From Octopus sinensis (lineage: Eukaryota): DNA of 64,000 nt. Below, in pieces: positions 1-13,742 of this stretch (position 1 is the stretch's first letter; every line of letters starts with the position of its first letter). Made by a program: the position numbers and the translations under genes. Under the pieces are notes generated by a model that saw only the letters and a program-made list of their open reading frames with translations, did no database searches and had not been told where the DNA came from. The stretch is taken from the NCBI RefSeq assembly GCF_006345805.1, contig NC_043010.1:5580001-5644000 (forward strand), written 5' to 3'.

Positions 1-339
1 CGGAACAAGACACTAAAAGACACCTTGTCTGATGCTACAAGAATCCCACCAATCCATCAGTCACGACTGGCCCCTTTTTTTTTTTATTGACCCTGAAAGA
101 CTGGGAAGCAAACATAACCACAAATTTTGTAGTAGAGTGTAGTTATTTTAATTACACCCCACACCTAGTATTTGACTGATATTAATTAATTAATGTGTTT
201 ATTTTTTATGACATCATTAACTGCACATCTCCAAGAGGCTAATTACTGATTTCTGGAATTTCTGATACTGAGAGCAAGAAGTGGGTGCTGCCTGTGTTAA
301 ATTCTTCACCACTGTTTTTCATATCCTTGTGGGTGTTAA

Positions 340-565
340 GTACACGCATCGTTATCCTTATCCGCATCATTATCCTCATCATAATCATTATGCCATCGTC
401 ATTGTGGCCACTATCTACGTCACCACTGTTGCCTCCACCATCACCATCATTGTCATCATAATCATCCTTATCATCATCATCATCATCATTGCTGTCATCA
501 TCACCGTCATCGTCACTGTCATTGTCATCATCACCAACATCATCATCATCATCATCGTCATCGTC
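340..565. repeat. Degenerate (ATC/GTC)n trinucleotide tract
   Basis: Runs of atc/gtc/cat; accounts for the poly-D, poly-I and poly-M ORFs at 239-700. Confidence 0.9.
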
Positions 566-621
566 AGCAGATGGCTTCCCTTTGCATACATGGATTGGAA
601 ATATATATATTTCTTTACTAC

Positions 622-757
622 CCACAAGGGGCTAAACACAGAGGAGACAAACAAGGACAGACAAAGGGATTTAGTCGATTACATCGACCCCAGTGCATAA
701 CTGGTACTTAAATTATTGACTCCAAAAGGATGAAAGGCAAAGTCGACCTCGGCGGAA
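622..757 (-). mobile_element. SINE family C, 3' half
   Basis: Reverse complement of the 54250-54405 copy (gccgaggtcgactttgcctttcatcc...ctggggtcgatgtaatcgac...gccccttgtgg). Confidence 0.8.
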
Positions 758-1134
758 AACACACATACCTGCTCCACTGGCCAAGCAGCAGAGTCCAACA
801 GGTTCAGATGACCCCATCCTATACCCATTTAAAATCCTATACCCATTTAACCATTCTGATCTAGATACACAGCTGAAAACTTCGAGGAGAGAAGATAGTT
901 GGAAAAAGTTACCCTAAAAGGATGTAAAAAAAAAGTTGACGTTGACAGGATTTGGATTCTGGGTTTGAATGGCTGGAACACATACAACCAGGCATCTTGT
1001 CCAGCTCTCTAGCAAATTCTGCCATGCAACTGCATAATACATCTGTGGAATGGATACACGATACAATTATTTGTATTAGAGCTTTCTTGAGTTTTACTAC
1101 ATCTCCATCTTGGATATATTTAGCAGATATATTT

Positions 1135-1331
1135 AGCAAGATGCAGGAGGAAAGAATGAGAGAAAGTTGTGGAAAAAGAGTCAACAGAAGTTTGCCATTA
1201 CCTTCTGCCAGAGCCGAGTGGAGCCTTAGGTTTTTCGCTCATAAACACACACATCGCCCGGTCTGAGATTCGAACCTGCAATCCCTCGACCGCAAGTCTG
1301 CTGCTCTAACCACTAGGCCATGTGCCTCCAC
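1135..1331 (-). mobile_element. tRNA-derived SINE family B, 5' part
   Basis: Minus strand begins ggaggcacatggcctagtggttagagcagc (A box) ... ggttcgaatctc (B box); homologous to 35505-35765, 39467-39617 and 49210-49597. Confidence 0.85.
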
Positions 1332-1554
1332 AGTTTGATGACCCTATTATTGTTACCAGTCAACTATGACGTAGAGGTGAAACTTATTGTACTACCAGGG
1401 GAACAAAAATAAGCAGGCAAACAAAACTGAGCAGGCAATTGGGTCTTTGCTTAAGGGTTAAAGTACAAAGACCTTAATAATGAAGGTTTATGTCATAACT
1501 ATGTACCTGGTTGTCTAGCAGCTGAGCTTCATTCAGGTGCATTCGACTTATTTT

Positions 1555-1870
1555 ATTACCATCATCATCATCATCATTTAACATCCGTTGTCCATTCTGG
1601 CATGGGTTGGACGGTTTGACCAGGGCTGGCAAGCTGGAAGGCTGCACTGGACTCCAGTCTTATTTGGCTTGGTTTCTATGGCTGGATGCCCTTCCTAAAG
1701 CCAACCACTCTCTGACTGTAATGGGTGCTTTTACGTGCCACTGGTATGGGTGCCTTTTGTGTGACACCAGTATCTGTCACGACTGTGAATTTACTTGGCT
1801 TGCTGGGTCTTCTCCTCAAGTGCAACATAATACCAATGGTCTCGGTCATTACCTCCGTGAGGCTCAACAC
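1555..1870 (-). mobile_element. RTE-LINE 3' end fragment with (GAT)n tail
   Basis: Minus strand ends ccaacccatgccag...ggatgttaaatgatgatgatg, the same terminus as the RT-bearing RTE at 32165-33032. Confidence 0.8.
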
Positions 1871-2462
1871 TCAGAAAGTACACACACATACACACACACA
1901 TACATTCATACATTCATACATACATACATACATACATACATACATAAATAATTACATACATATTTTCCATTCTTTGATAATAAATAATGTATACATTTTC
2001 TTGCAGGTTTGGTTCCATAGAATCAGAGACAAAGTGGCTGTTTTCTCACAAACACTAAAAATGATATCTCTTATCCAAATTGCGTCATGAAACTCAAGCC
2101 ATTCAACATCCCTTGTGAGTTCATTTATGTTCCTGGAAGTATTGACACATACATCACAAATGCTTTCCATTAGAATTTTGGTAAAACATTCCTAATCTGA
2201 CTATTGGCAATATAAATATATGTGTGTACGTGTGAGTGTATATGTATGTGTGTATATGTGTGTATGGAGGAGAGGAGGAGTAAAGTGCTTAGGGGAAAGG
2301 GTTTTAAAAAATGCTCAGTGTTATAAACTCTGCTATCAACATAGAGATTTTCTTGCTTTTGTGAAAATAAAACCGCATGCACATACAGTAGGAGGGGAAA
2401 CAGATTCAAATGAAATCCCCATCCTCTTTCCAAGAAGATATAATTATCATATATCTGAATTA

Positions 2463-2625
2463 GGCGTAGGAGTGGGTATGTGGTAAGTAGCTTGCTTACA
2501 AACCACATGGTTCTGGGTTCAGTCCCACTGCGTGGCACCTTGGGCAAGTGTCTTCTACTATAGCCTCGGGCCGACCAAAGCCTTGTGAGTGGATTTGGTA
2601 GACAGAAACTGAAAGAAGCCCATCG

Positions 2626-2694
<69 letters not shown>

Positions 2695-2889
2695 TTGTGT
2701 GTCTGTGTTTGACAACCGATGCTGGTGTGTTTACGTCCCCCGTAACTTGCCGGTTCGGCAAAAGAGAACCGATAGAATAAGTACTGGGCTTACAAAGAAT
2801 AAGTCCCGGGGTTGATTTGCTCGACTAAAGGCGATGCGCCAGCATGGCCACAGTCAAATGACTGAAACAAGTAAAAGAGTAACAGAGTA
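2463..2889 (+). mobile_element. tRNA-derived SINE family A, full length, internal (TA)n(TG)n
   Basis: Head ggcgtaggagtgg.tgtgtggtaagtagc...gggttcagtccc, CORE-like ccttgggcaagtgtctt segment, tail gtcaaatgactgaaacaagtaaaagag; about 20 homologous copies in the window. Confidence 0.92.
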
Positions 2890-3020
2890 TTTGTAAATTA
2901 TGCAACTAATAGTGATCCAGTTTAATAATGGAGCACCACTCTTGGTTGAAATCCACTTTACATCCATGGTATATGAAGCATGAGGGAAGAGTATTGAGTA
3001 CTACGTGAATCACTAAAGAG

Positions 3021-3061
<41 letters not shown>

Positions 3062-3161
3062 TATATATATATATATATATAATGTAAATAGTTGTATGGA
3101 TAGTGAGTTGAGAGTACAGAAGGTAGAAAATCTATGAAAGCTGGAGTGAAAAATTAGTTAA

Positions 3162-3378
3162 CCCTTTAGGTTCAGATTATTCTATCAAGCATAATGTTTA
3201 TTGATTCCCATTGATTTGAATTATCATGAATTATCTCATATCTTCAAGATCTTGATGGTGTAATTACTTAATGTAGAATAACATTGTAGGGTAGGTGTGA
3301 GAGCCTGGATCTGGTCAGTTTGAACATAAAACAGATTAACTATTTTGGCTGGATATGGCCGGTTTAAATACTAAAGGG
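3162..3378. mobile_element. piggyBac-type MITE
   Basis: TTAA on both sides (3158-3161, 3379-3382); terminal inverted repeats CCCTTTAG/CTAAAGGG; second copy at 28543-29429. Confidence 0.8.
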
Positions 3379-3594
3379 TTAAATATGATAAACTAAATGG
3401 GTTATGTTAAATATCATGAATTCTAGAACATAAGTGGATTAAAAGATTGGACCAAAAAAGAGATCTTTCTTGCCCAAGGTGACATGCAGTGGGACTGAAC
3501 CCAGAACCATGTGGTTGGGAAGCAACCACGTATATATAATACATATATACTACTATACTACCTTTATTATGCTCAACTCATATTCATAGACATC

Positions 3595-3642
<48 letters not shown>

Positions 3643-3716
3643 TACACACAAACACAAACACACAAACACACACACACAGACACACACACACACACACACA
3701 CAAACAAACACACACA

Positions 3717-3761
<45 letters not shown>

Positions 3762-4332
3762 ATGTAAGCAGTATAAACAATACATGAACATCCATTGTAA
3801 TTTCTGTCTAGAAAAACTCCCATGGGTCCCTCCCTGTTGGTAATTTAACCTTCTTTTCTTTTCTTCTTTTTCGTCTTTTTCTTTTTCTCTACTCATTCTT
3901 CACATACAGTATTAAATTGGTGTTCTTTTTCTACACCATCTGGTGCCAATTCCCTATTTTAATGTCTTTAATATCTCTTTGAATATATTGCTCTAAACTA
4001 TCTGTCTATCTTACAAGAAGGTTCTTCTCATAAATATCCATTAATTGGCCTAATTATTTCACATAAAACATGAAGAATTTTGGAGGAGCCTGTTAAATTA
4101 CAATCAAAGAAATATAAACGGTCCTTCAAAGAGATCTTCTCTCCATTCTCCCTCCTGACTCATTCTCACTCTCTTTATGTATATGTGTATATATATATAT
4201 ATGTGTATGTATAGTATATATATATATACACACACACAAACACATACATATATATATACACACACATATGTAGAGAGAGAGATGGCAAGAGAGAGAGAGA
4301 GACAAATACATCCACATACACACACATATATA

Positions 4333-4364
<32 letters not shown>

Positions 4365-4503
4365 TACACACACCACACACACACAAACAAACACATACAT
4401 ATATATATATTACATATATACATACACACATATGTAGAGAGAGAGATGGAGAGAGAGAGAGAGAGACAAATACATCCATACATATATATATATAATATAT
4501 AAC

Positions 4504-4536
<33 letters not shown>

Positions 4537-4722
4537 TGTAGATGTATATAGATATGTATGAATGTATATGTGAGTGTATGAGTAACTCTGTGTATATGTG
4601 TGGTGTGTGTTAATAAATGTTATTATTTTAAAGCTAGTTTCAGAATAACAATGGTGCATTTTCTGATGGGGCAATTCAACACTGAGAGTAAATAAAGTCA
4701 AGTTAATTATAAAGTTCAAGTT

Positions 4723-4760
4723 GGCTGGGACTTCCAAGCTTCGCCAGTCAGCTTCTTCAG
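4723..4760 (-). ncRNA. Degenerate hammerhead ribozyme motif (PLE pLTR relic)
   Basis: Minus strand CTGAAGA-A-GC(TGACTG)GC-GAAG-CTTGGAAG-TC-CCAGCC; A15.1 is G, and the stem I 5' strand is replaced by microsatellite. Confidence 0.5.
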
Positions 4761-4762
4761 TT

Positions 4763-4793
<31 letters not shown>

Positions 4794-5188
4794 AACAAAA
4801 CCCTATACCATTCTCTGCCTCTCCAATTTGAAAAAAAAAAAAAGAAAAAAACCATTATTCTTAGACTTCCAGTATAGATAATCTCTTGGAGAACATGAAG
4901 ACGTTGGGTAATTGTTCAGAGAAGTCTTTTATTTATAACAAAACAATTCTTGGCTCAAAATTATTTAGATTATTTTTTTTTGATTACAAGACTAACATTT
5001 TTTTCTTTTTACAAAACATAATTAAATACATGGGAAGAGACAGAAATTTGTCATTGTCTGCATATGCATACAGACTTATATATGTATGCACTCACACATA
5101 CACGTATATACACATACACATGTGTATATATTCATACACACACATATGTACTTATATATGTGTATATGCATATATACATATATATACA

Positions 5189-5364
5189 TATATATGAATA
5201 AATGAAAGAATGGAGTCGAACGAAGATGTTAACAAAATTCCTTTACCCTCGACACATGTTTCGAAGACAGCATACTTTTATTCTGTCTTCGAAACATGTA
5301 TCGAGAGTAAAGGAATTTTGTTAACATCTTCGTTCGACTCCATTCTTTCATTTATTCATATATA
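5189..5364. repeat. Foldback inverted repeat, 82-bp arms, 12-nt loop
   Basis: Arms 5189-5270 and 5283-5364 with 2 mismatches; a unique tail continues to about 5500. Confidence 0.95.
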
Positions 5365-5518
5365 AAAAACACACAAATTTCCACACAAGAACCCGGAGTT
5401 TCTACCCTGTACAGGTCGCTTCAACCGTGTTTTCTGACGTGAATTTGCTACCCAGGTATCAGTTAAACGAATTTTCCATGCTAGGATAATTCATTCACCT
5501 ACTTAAATATATATACAT

Positions 5519-5605
<87 letters not shown>

Positions 5606-6697
5606 TGTGTATATTTACATACATGTATGTTGATATAGGTTTGTATACGCACTCACTATATATATATATATATATATATATCATCATTTAACGTCTGTTG
5701 TCCATGCTGGCATGGGTTGGATGGTTTGACCAGGGCTGGTGTATGTATGTATGTATGTATGTATACTCATAAGTATGTGACTGATAGGGTGATGGTGAAA
5801 TTATGAGTCTATGTAAATTTGAGTATATATATATGTATTGTGCAACATGTGTGTGCATGCATATTCCTTCATTAGTGGATATGTTTCCTGTGCTTGTTGA
5901 TCCATATCAGTGTGCACATGGAGAAGCTACAATTATAAATATATATCATATTTCTTTCATTTTGTTTTTTACAACCACTTTTCTATACTAGCATAAGTTA
6001 GAGAAATATATTGCATTATTATTGCAGCCAAATGCTCTTCTTATTGTTTATTCTGAGCTGTTTTTCACATAAAGGAGTTTACATTTAATTCATTGTTAAA
6101 AGTGCAAGGCTGCAAGTTGATTCATTGACTGTGAAATGTCAAGAAATAGTATTACTCGTGATTCAACTCAGAGCAAATCTTGGAGGTTTTCTAGCTGTAA
6201 TCATCCTATCTTTTTCATTCTTCTGTAGACATTGTGTGACCTAGTATGAAAATGCAGGGCCTAGTGGTTAACATGCTGCACTTACAGTTCTAAGGTTATA
6301 CTTTTGATTCCTGAACCAAGTGGTGTGTTGCATTCTTGAGCAAGACACTTCATTTCACATTGTTCTAGTCGACTGAGCTGTAAATGAGCTCCAGAAATAA
6401 CTGGAAAGTTTAACCTACAATGGACTGGCAGCTTGTTCATTGGGAAGTGTTGCAATCAGTCACTTGTATACTAGTACTATTTGGTACCCTTAATTACAAT
6501 TATAATTATAAATTTATAAATTTACCTTTTTGCTTTTTATGCTTGCTCACCACTTATATTATTATTATTTATTGATAATAATATCGTTTTATATATACAT
6601 ATATATATACAGAGAAAAATCTGTCTCAACTGATACCATCTGACCCATACAAGCAAGAGAAAGTGGACATTAAACAATGATAATAATGGTATACTGT

Positions 6698-6728
<31 letters not shown>

Positions 6729-7196
6729 TATATATATGGATATGGAACAAATGTATATGCAACCAGAATAACAAAAGCTGATGAGATATTGTATCCAAAG
6801 ATATTTATTTGTCAAACTGAAATTGAAGAGCATGAGTCTAAAGCATTAGGGTTAGAGAGTAGGAGGTAGGGTTACATTCTAGCAGCATGTACATCATTCC
6901 TTGCAAGGTATGCTGGAGGACATAATAAAGCATCCTTAAGTATCCTAGCTGATGCACTAAAACAAGGATACAGTGACATTAATGCAATGAGTATCAATAT
7001 AAAATTACACTGTGTTGCTATAAGGAAGGTGAGAAAGAATAACACAGGATTGTAAACAAAAAAAGCATCAAATACCCAACCAGGCATGCAAAATGCTAAT
7101 GACAGGGTGCTCATGAAAAATGCAGGTAGATTTAAAGAAAGTTCTTATACATGCACAAGTTATTCAGATTGCATATACATTATGCAACCAGAACCA

Positions 7197-7342
7197 TGTG
7201 GTAAAAGGCTTGCTTCTCAGCCACATGGTTCTGGGCTCAGTCCCACTGTATGGCACCTTAGGCAAGTGTCTTCTACTTCAGCCTTGGGCTGACCAAACTC
7301 TTGGGAGTAAATTCAGTAGATAGAAACTGAAAGAAGCCTGTC

Positions 7343-7395
<53 letters not shown>

Positions 7396-7442
7396 AGTAT
7401 GTATATATAAATATATATATATACATAAGTATGTATATATAA

Positions 7443-7510
<68 letters not shown>

Positions 7511-7745
7511 GTGTGTGTTTGTGTGTGTGTCTTTCTGTCTGTGTTTGTCTACCACCACCACCACTTGACAACCAGTGTTGGTGTGTTACATCCCCCATAA
7601 CTTAGTGGTTCAGTAAAAGGGATAAGTACTAGACTTTAAAAAAGTTCTGGCATCAGTTCATTTGACTAGGAAATTTTTCATGGCAGTGCCCCACCATGGC
7701 CTCAATCTAATGACTGAAACAAGTAATAGATAAAAGATAAAAGAT
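7197..7745 (+). mobile_element. SINE family A with expanded internal (TA)n
   Basis: Head and tail match 2463-2889; about 180 bp of microsatellite inside. Confidence 0.85.
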
Positions 7746-8289
7746 ATCCCTAAAGTTTTAATAAAAGGAAAAAGCAATATTCTCATCTTATAGCATTGTC
7801 TAACTTGGCAAAATATGTCCAGATCGTTCAGTTGACTGTGCCTTAGGAAGTCAATATGAAGAGGTACAGCTTAAAATATAAAGGATTTGGTAAGAAGCAC
7901 TGAGGGGTGGTTGTGCACAGTGCTTCCAATCAAGGTAGATGTCACAGATTTGTAGTCTTATTTGGTTGAAATTACAAGAATTAGGAAGGAAAGCACAGCT
8001 GGAAAGAAGGAAAAAAAATGCTTTATCATGTGTAAAACTGTGCAACAAAATTTTTAAATTAAAAATTTTTTTTTGGCTTTGGTCAGTAAATGCTATTTTC
8101 TATTTGCTTCTATCTAGAAATCAAAGGAAATGACTACTATTCCCTTCAAATTTTGCTTTTGTGACCTGGACATCAATGTTTGAAGTTGATCTGTTTTCCA
8201 TTACATTTCGTGACCTGGACGTCAATGTTTAGAAAGTGACCTATTTTCCATTACATTTCAGATGGATTCAGTGCTGAGTTGCTGAAGCA

Positions 8290-8475
8290 GAAATATCATT
8301 ATAGCAAATATTCTGGTCAATGCCACAGATTTGCTTATCAGTTGCTTGACTTCAACCACCTGATCATGTCCCTTAGCAGCTGATAGCTATGTGCATCTCT
8401 GATTACATGCAGGAGCAATGGGGAAGCATCATAGCCATGTGTTGAAAGGAATTCTTTGGGGTTAGAATAAATTTA
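8290..8475 (-). mobile_element. Fragment of the (ATT)n-associated element family
   Basis: Reverse complement matches about 59730-59900 (acacatggctatgatgctcccc...gatgcacata...caaatctgtgg...agaatatttgct). Confidence 0.7.
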
Positions 8476-8904
8476 ACAAAAACAAAGTCTGAAGGAAATA
8501 CAAACCATTTTTCATACTTTTTAAGGGTAAGCAAATAGGAATAACAGTTGCTACCCAAGGACTAAAATCTTGTTACACAGTGTAATTTACTTTTTCACAA
8601 GTTTTTATAAACCAGGAATAGGGCAGTGACATGCACAGATGCACACACACACAACACATTCATGCATACACTCACATACATATATGCACATATACACACA
8701 CACACACATACACGCACACATGTAAATACCCACCACATACACACAGACGTATATACACGCATACATTCATATTCATGTATGTATATGATAGTGAGAGCTT
8801 CATGATTCCCTGTCAAACTGTCTTACCACTGCCTGCATGGAAAGTGGGCATTAAATGATGATGATGATGATGATACATTTATACTTTATATACATATATA
8901 ACGT

Positions 8905-9370
8905 TGATAACTTTGATAGGTTTTGGCCAGTATAGGCCCAGGCCATGTCTAACTTAATAGCACCTCCTGGTGAAGTATTTTAGTCATATATGAGGCACCA
9001 TGGCCCACTCTAGCAAAGAGTCATTATTGTTGGAGACATATCCTTGTGTAGGAGGTTGGGTCGGGATTTTTTGAAGAAATTTGTCCAGTGAACATTTGAA
9101 TTATATAGGATCCATTTCCGTTTTTACGCATTTTGGTATGGTATTAAAGAGAGCTGGACCAGTTGAGGTAGAGTAATTGTGACATAATGTTGCTATGTGT
9201 ACCGAGTTCAATATTTGTAGTGGGCAGATAGTACTGAGGCCTTGTCTTGGACGGATTTTAAAATTGATGCCAACATCATTTGTGCAATATTGATGGAATA
9301 TTTTCCACAGAACACGAAGTATGTAGTGCTCCAGGCAGCGTTGGAGAGAGTAGAGATTGAGTTTTTTTAG
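8905..9370 (-). mobile_element. CR1-type LINE, RT C-terminus and 3' UTR (decayed)
   Basis: Minus translation LYSLQRCLEHYILRVLWKI...TGPALFNTIPK...FKCSLDKFLQKIP...GY...DSLLEW resembles the CR1-clade C-terminus (LYSLERRRERY...GPRLFN.LP...FK..LDKFL..IPDQP). Confidence 0.75.
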
Positions 9371-10652
9371 TCAGCCCCCATAATCAATGCCACCTATCTT
9401 TCTTATACATACATATATATGTACATTCATACATGCACATACACACACAAGCACACACACTCATAGACATGTGTGTGTTTGTGTGGGAATGCATGTATGT
9501 AATAAAAATATATATTCTTAAAGTAATTTATTTTATTATAATTTATATTTAGCCTCAAGAAAGACAATTTCCTTTCCAGATCCCCCATCTTTAGGGCTGT
9601 GCTGGGCTGGGCTGGGTTGGGCTGGGGAAAAAAGATTAATGCTGTAAACTTCTAAACCAGTTCTCACAGCTTGATGGCGGGAAAGTTGGAGTCTACAGAT
9701 GGTTGTGATTCCATTGAAGAATAATTGGATAAAATGGGGTATGTTGAGAGACACATTGGGGTTAGTAGTGGATGTTAGGAAGGTAAAGAGTTTACAGTTG
9801 TTGCTGTTCTTGTTATAGTCTACACCCCTCTACTACTCATCAACCCTCAAACAAGCAGACCTGTGAGAATAAGTAATCAAACCCTGAACATCCCTTTCAT
9901 ATGTTAAGGGTTCCATTATCCTGTGTCTTTGTTTTGCACTAATTTTAAAAGACAAGAGTGCTTTTGAGGAAAATTTAGCTGTTGTATCTGGCAGTTTGAA
10001 TAAATATTTAGAGGTACCTTCCTAGGATAAGCAGGTTGAAATGAAGAAGGGGTAGGAGAAGCAGGTGTATCAACACAGCCAAACATCCACCCCCAGGATA
10101 TTTGCAGTGTCTTGGTGTCTCTTAAATGAGTAGTGGGTGGAGATGTGAATTGTAAGGTGGTTTTTTTATCATCTTTTTTTTTTTTCTCTGTCACTCATTT
10201 AAATAATTCAGCATTGTAATTTAGCTTTAGGAAATATAAATAAAGAGAAAAAGGAGGTAAGAGAGAGGTAAACAGTGAGGATGGTTAGGAGGATGGTGAA
10301 ATACTGAGAAAAGGAGAGAGGGAGGGAGGGATGGAAGGAGAGAGAGAAAATGGGTGAAGGAGAAAAGGTGGGAGAATTTAAATGCTAGAAACTTGTCTCT
10401 GGGGCCATCCAAGCATGAAAAGAAGAAGGGTATTTAGTCTCTTCTTGGTGTCTGTAAGAGGGTGGTGATGATGTTGGTAATGGCGGCGGTGGGGGGGGGT
10501 TATTTGTAAATGGAAGTGATGATGATGATGATGATGATGGTGATGGGAGTGATGATAAAGATGGGTAAGTGTAGATGGATAAAGATTGCAATGATTTAGT
10601 CTACAAATGATATACATACAACATACATATGGAATGATATATTATATATATA

Positions 10653-10692
<40 letters not shown>

Positions 10693-10820
10693 ATATATAT
10701 ATATATATAATATATATATATATATATTTATATTATATATATAATTATATATATACACACACACCATATATATACATATGTACACTTATACACATATGTA
10801 TGTATATAGATATATATATA

Positions 10821-10871
<51 letters not shown>

Positions 10872-10907
10872 CACACATATATATACATATGTACACTTAT
10901 ACACATG

Positions 10908-10943
<36 letters not shown>

Positions 10944-11676
10944 TATATATAGTAATATATGTATATGTATGTATATGTATGTATATGTGTGTGTATATCT
11001 GTGGGTGTCTACAAATGTAATATACACATACTTAGATTAGAGATATGCATATATTGAGATTTGGAATTATTGATGGGAGTAAAGTGGCCATTATATATAG
11101 TATAGATCATTCGTTTATTCAGTTTAAATGTGTTGGTGTGTGTGTGTGTATGTGTAACACTATGAATTCTTATTTGCTCAGCAAAAAATAAACAAAGAAA
11201 TGATACCAGTCGAATTCTCCACAACTGAGAAAAATATTGTAAACACTTGTTTTCAACAGGATAACTTATCCTGACACTTATAAACACACACACACACACA
11301 CACAGACAAGGTCCTTTGTAAAATTATTTATGAATATTATATATAGACATGAAAAGTCCAATAAATCACTTGATGATAAGCCAATGAAAACAATATTATA
11401 TATATATATATGTATTGTAATTATTTATGTATGTGCTCCAGCATGGCCACAATCATATGACTGAAACAAATTAAAAAATAAATATGTTTATTCACTTTAT
11501 GCATATGCAAGTATACATGTGCAGTTATACATATAATATATGTGTGTGTATATATTTATATATATATTTATATATATATAAATGTATTTATATGCAAATA
11601 TATATTTATATCTATAAATATATTTATATATATACATATAGATATGCATATATTATATATATACATATAGATATGC

Positions 11677-11713
<37 letters not shown>

Positions 11714-11815
11714 AATATATATACACACATTTATATATACAATATATACATATATATACATATATATATATACATATACATACATAATATATATAATAGA
11801 TAGATATAGATAGAT

Positions 11816-11869
<54 letters not shown>

Positions 11870-12159
11870 CATATACATACATATATGTGTGTGTATACAG
11901 ACACAAGTATATTCATGTGACAATGTAATCTAATAGTACTTTACATGTATTACATAAATTTTCAAGTATTATTGTCATTATAAGTTTTATAATGAGAAAT
12001 TATATAAGTACAAACTCGTAGGCATGAATACGTGTGTATGCATGTGAGTTCATGTATATATATGTATGCATGCATATATATTCATCTAGATGCTTGCATG
12101 TTCACTGGATCAATACAAGATCATTAAGTAATAATACATCATAAATTGAAAATTATGTC

Positions 12160-12447
12160 TTGCATATATATGTATGTGTATGTATGTATGTATGTATGTA
12201 TGTATGTATGTATGTATGTATGTATGTGTCTATGTGTGTTTATGTATGTATGTATGTATGTATGTATGTATGTATGTATGTGTCTATGTGTGTTTATGTA
12301 TGTATGTGTGTATGTATGTATGTATGTATGTATGTATGTATGTATGTATGTATGTGTCTATGTGTGTTTATGTATGTATGTATGTATGTATGTATGTATG
12401 TATGTATGTATGTATGTGTGTATGTATGTATGTATGTATGTATGTAG
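12160..12447. repeat. (TATG)n array with higher-order interruption unit
   Basis: tgtctatgtgtgtttatg recurs three times within (TATG)n. Confidence 0.9.
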
Positions 12448-13700
12448 ATAGCTTGTATGTGTGCGACAACATTTGAAAGTTTTGATGCATTTCATCTAAA
12501 ACAACCTGTGAATGGCAAAATAGTAAAGTCATCTGTCTTAACTATCATTCCTGTGTTTAATCTGATGTATGCATACATACAGGTTGGTAAACAAGTTGCA
12601 TTGGAATTTATGCATCATTATATTGAACCCTTTTTTTTAATTTATTTCATTCTATGAAATATTTTCCAAGATTTGAGATACCAAAAAAAAAAGGACAATA
12701 TCTGCCAGTTATCTTTCTTTTGCATAAAATTAAATATAGATATATTCCTTTTTATATTTCATTTTGAAGTAGGGGTCTGTCTGTTCTTTCTATACCAAAG
12801 ACTGCATTATATTTCTTAAAATTAAAATTAACTTATTTATTTTTTTTTATTCTGCTTTTTTTTTTTTCCTTTTCTTATTTTATTGTTAGACTTTTTTTTT
12901 CTCTGATTAGATAAAAAAATAATAATTAAAAGTTTGATTTGAAAAGAAAATATTTTAGTTTATGGGAGGTGAAAAATATAACATATACTTACCAGGATCC
13001 CTGTAAAAATCCTCACTAGTTTAAAAAGTTATTTGAGATGTCCCTTCTATTCACAAGTCATTTTCTACTGCTGTTGTCACAGCTATAAGTGGGTTAGTCA
13101 AAGGAATAGAGGGTGGGACACGAGAGAGGGAGTGAAATCGAGAGAGAGAGAGAGAGAGACAGGGACAGCCAGAGTAAGAGAGAGAGAGGGAAGGGTGGGT
13201 ACAGAGTAAACTTAGTTTATGGGATGTGTATTCTAAAGCTTTCTGCCACCACTAATAACAACTTGCTTTTTGGTTCACATGCTGAGGAAAAGGAAACAGA
13301 AGCTCTGTATCCACCACCATCAACACCCCCATTCGCTTCTCTATACTATATAAGTAGTGGATTTAATGACACTCTTCTTTAACAGGCAGTAATAACTGGT
13401 ACATGTTCTAACTTACCCAGAACCAAATTTATATCTTTTTTCCTATAGTAGGGAAAACCACATAAGAAAATATTCTATAAAAGTTATTACATTATTATAA
13501 AGTTACTGTTGGTTATTTTTTTTATTATTATGCAAACACCCACTGTAGTTTATAAATGCTTCAAATTCATTGAGAACATAAAATGAAAATTTAACAAAAA
13601 TAGATAATACTTTAAACAAATAAAGTTAGTAAATTAATTAATTATTTAATACCTTGAAATTACTTTGCCCTAAACTGATATACATCTATGTATGCATATA

Positions 13701-13731
<31 letters not shown>

Positions 13732-13742
<11 letters not shown>

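Noticed and set aside
239-700. 128-139 aa ORFs rich in D, I or M
   Set aside because: Translations of an (ATC)n tract running into a SINE.
769-1130. Possible minus-strand exons (GNFFQLSS...ASGA; DVLCSCMAEFARELDK...)
   Set aside because: Plausible splice signals, but no recognisable protein, local tandem duplications inside, and both strands open.
2010-2170. Open frames on both strands (NINELTRDVEWLEFHD...; VMKLKPFNIPCEFIYVPG)
   Set aside because: Only faint resemblance to an exon or a gypsy RNase H end; cannot be supported.
2463-2540. tRNA-like heads here and at 38782, 49597, 60907 and 62082
   Set aside because: A and B boxes continue into SINE bodies without a complete cloverleaf; these are not tRNA genes.
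6845-6875. TTAGGG-like words
   Set aside because: Only two or three scattered imperfect units; not an interstitial telomere.
6870-7030. Plus-strand frame YAGGHNKASLSILADALKQGY...IRK with a GTGAGA donor
   Set aside because: Weak acceptor, no recognised homology, and phase incompatible with the other plus-strand candidates.
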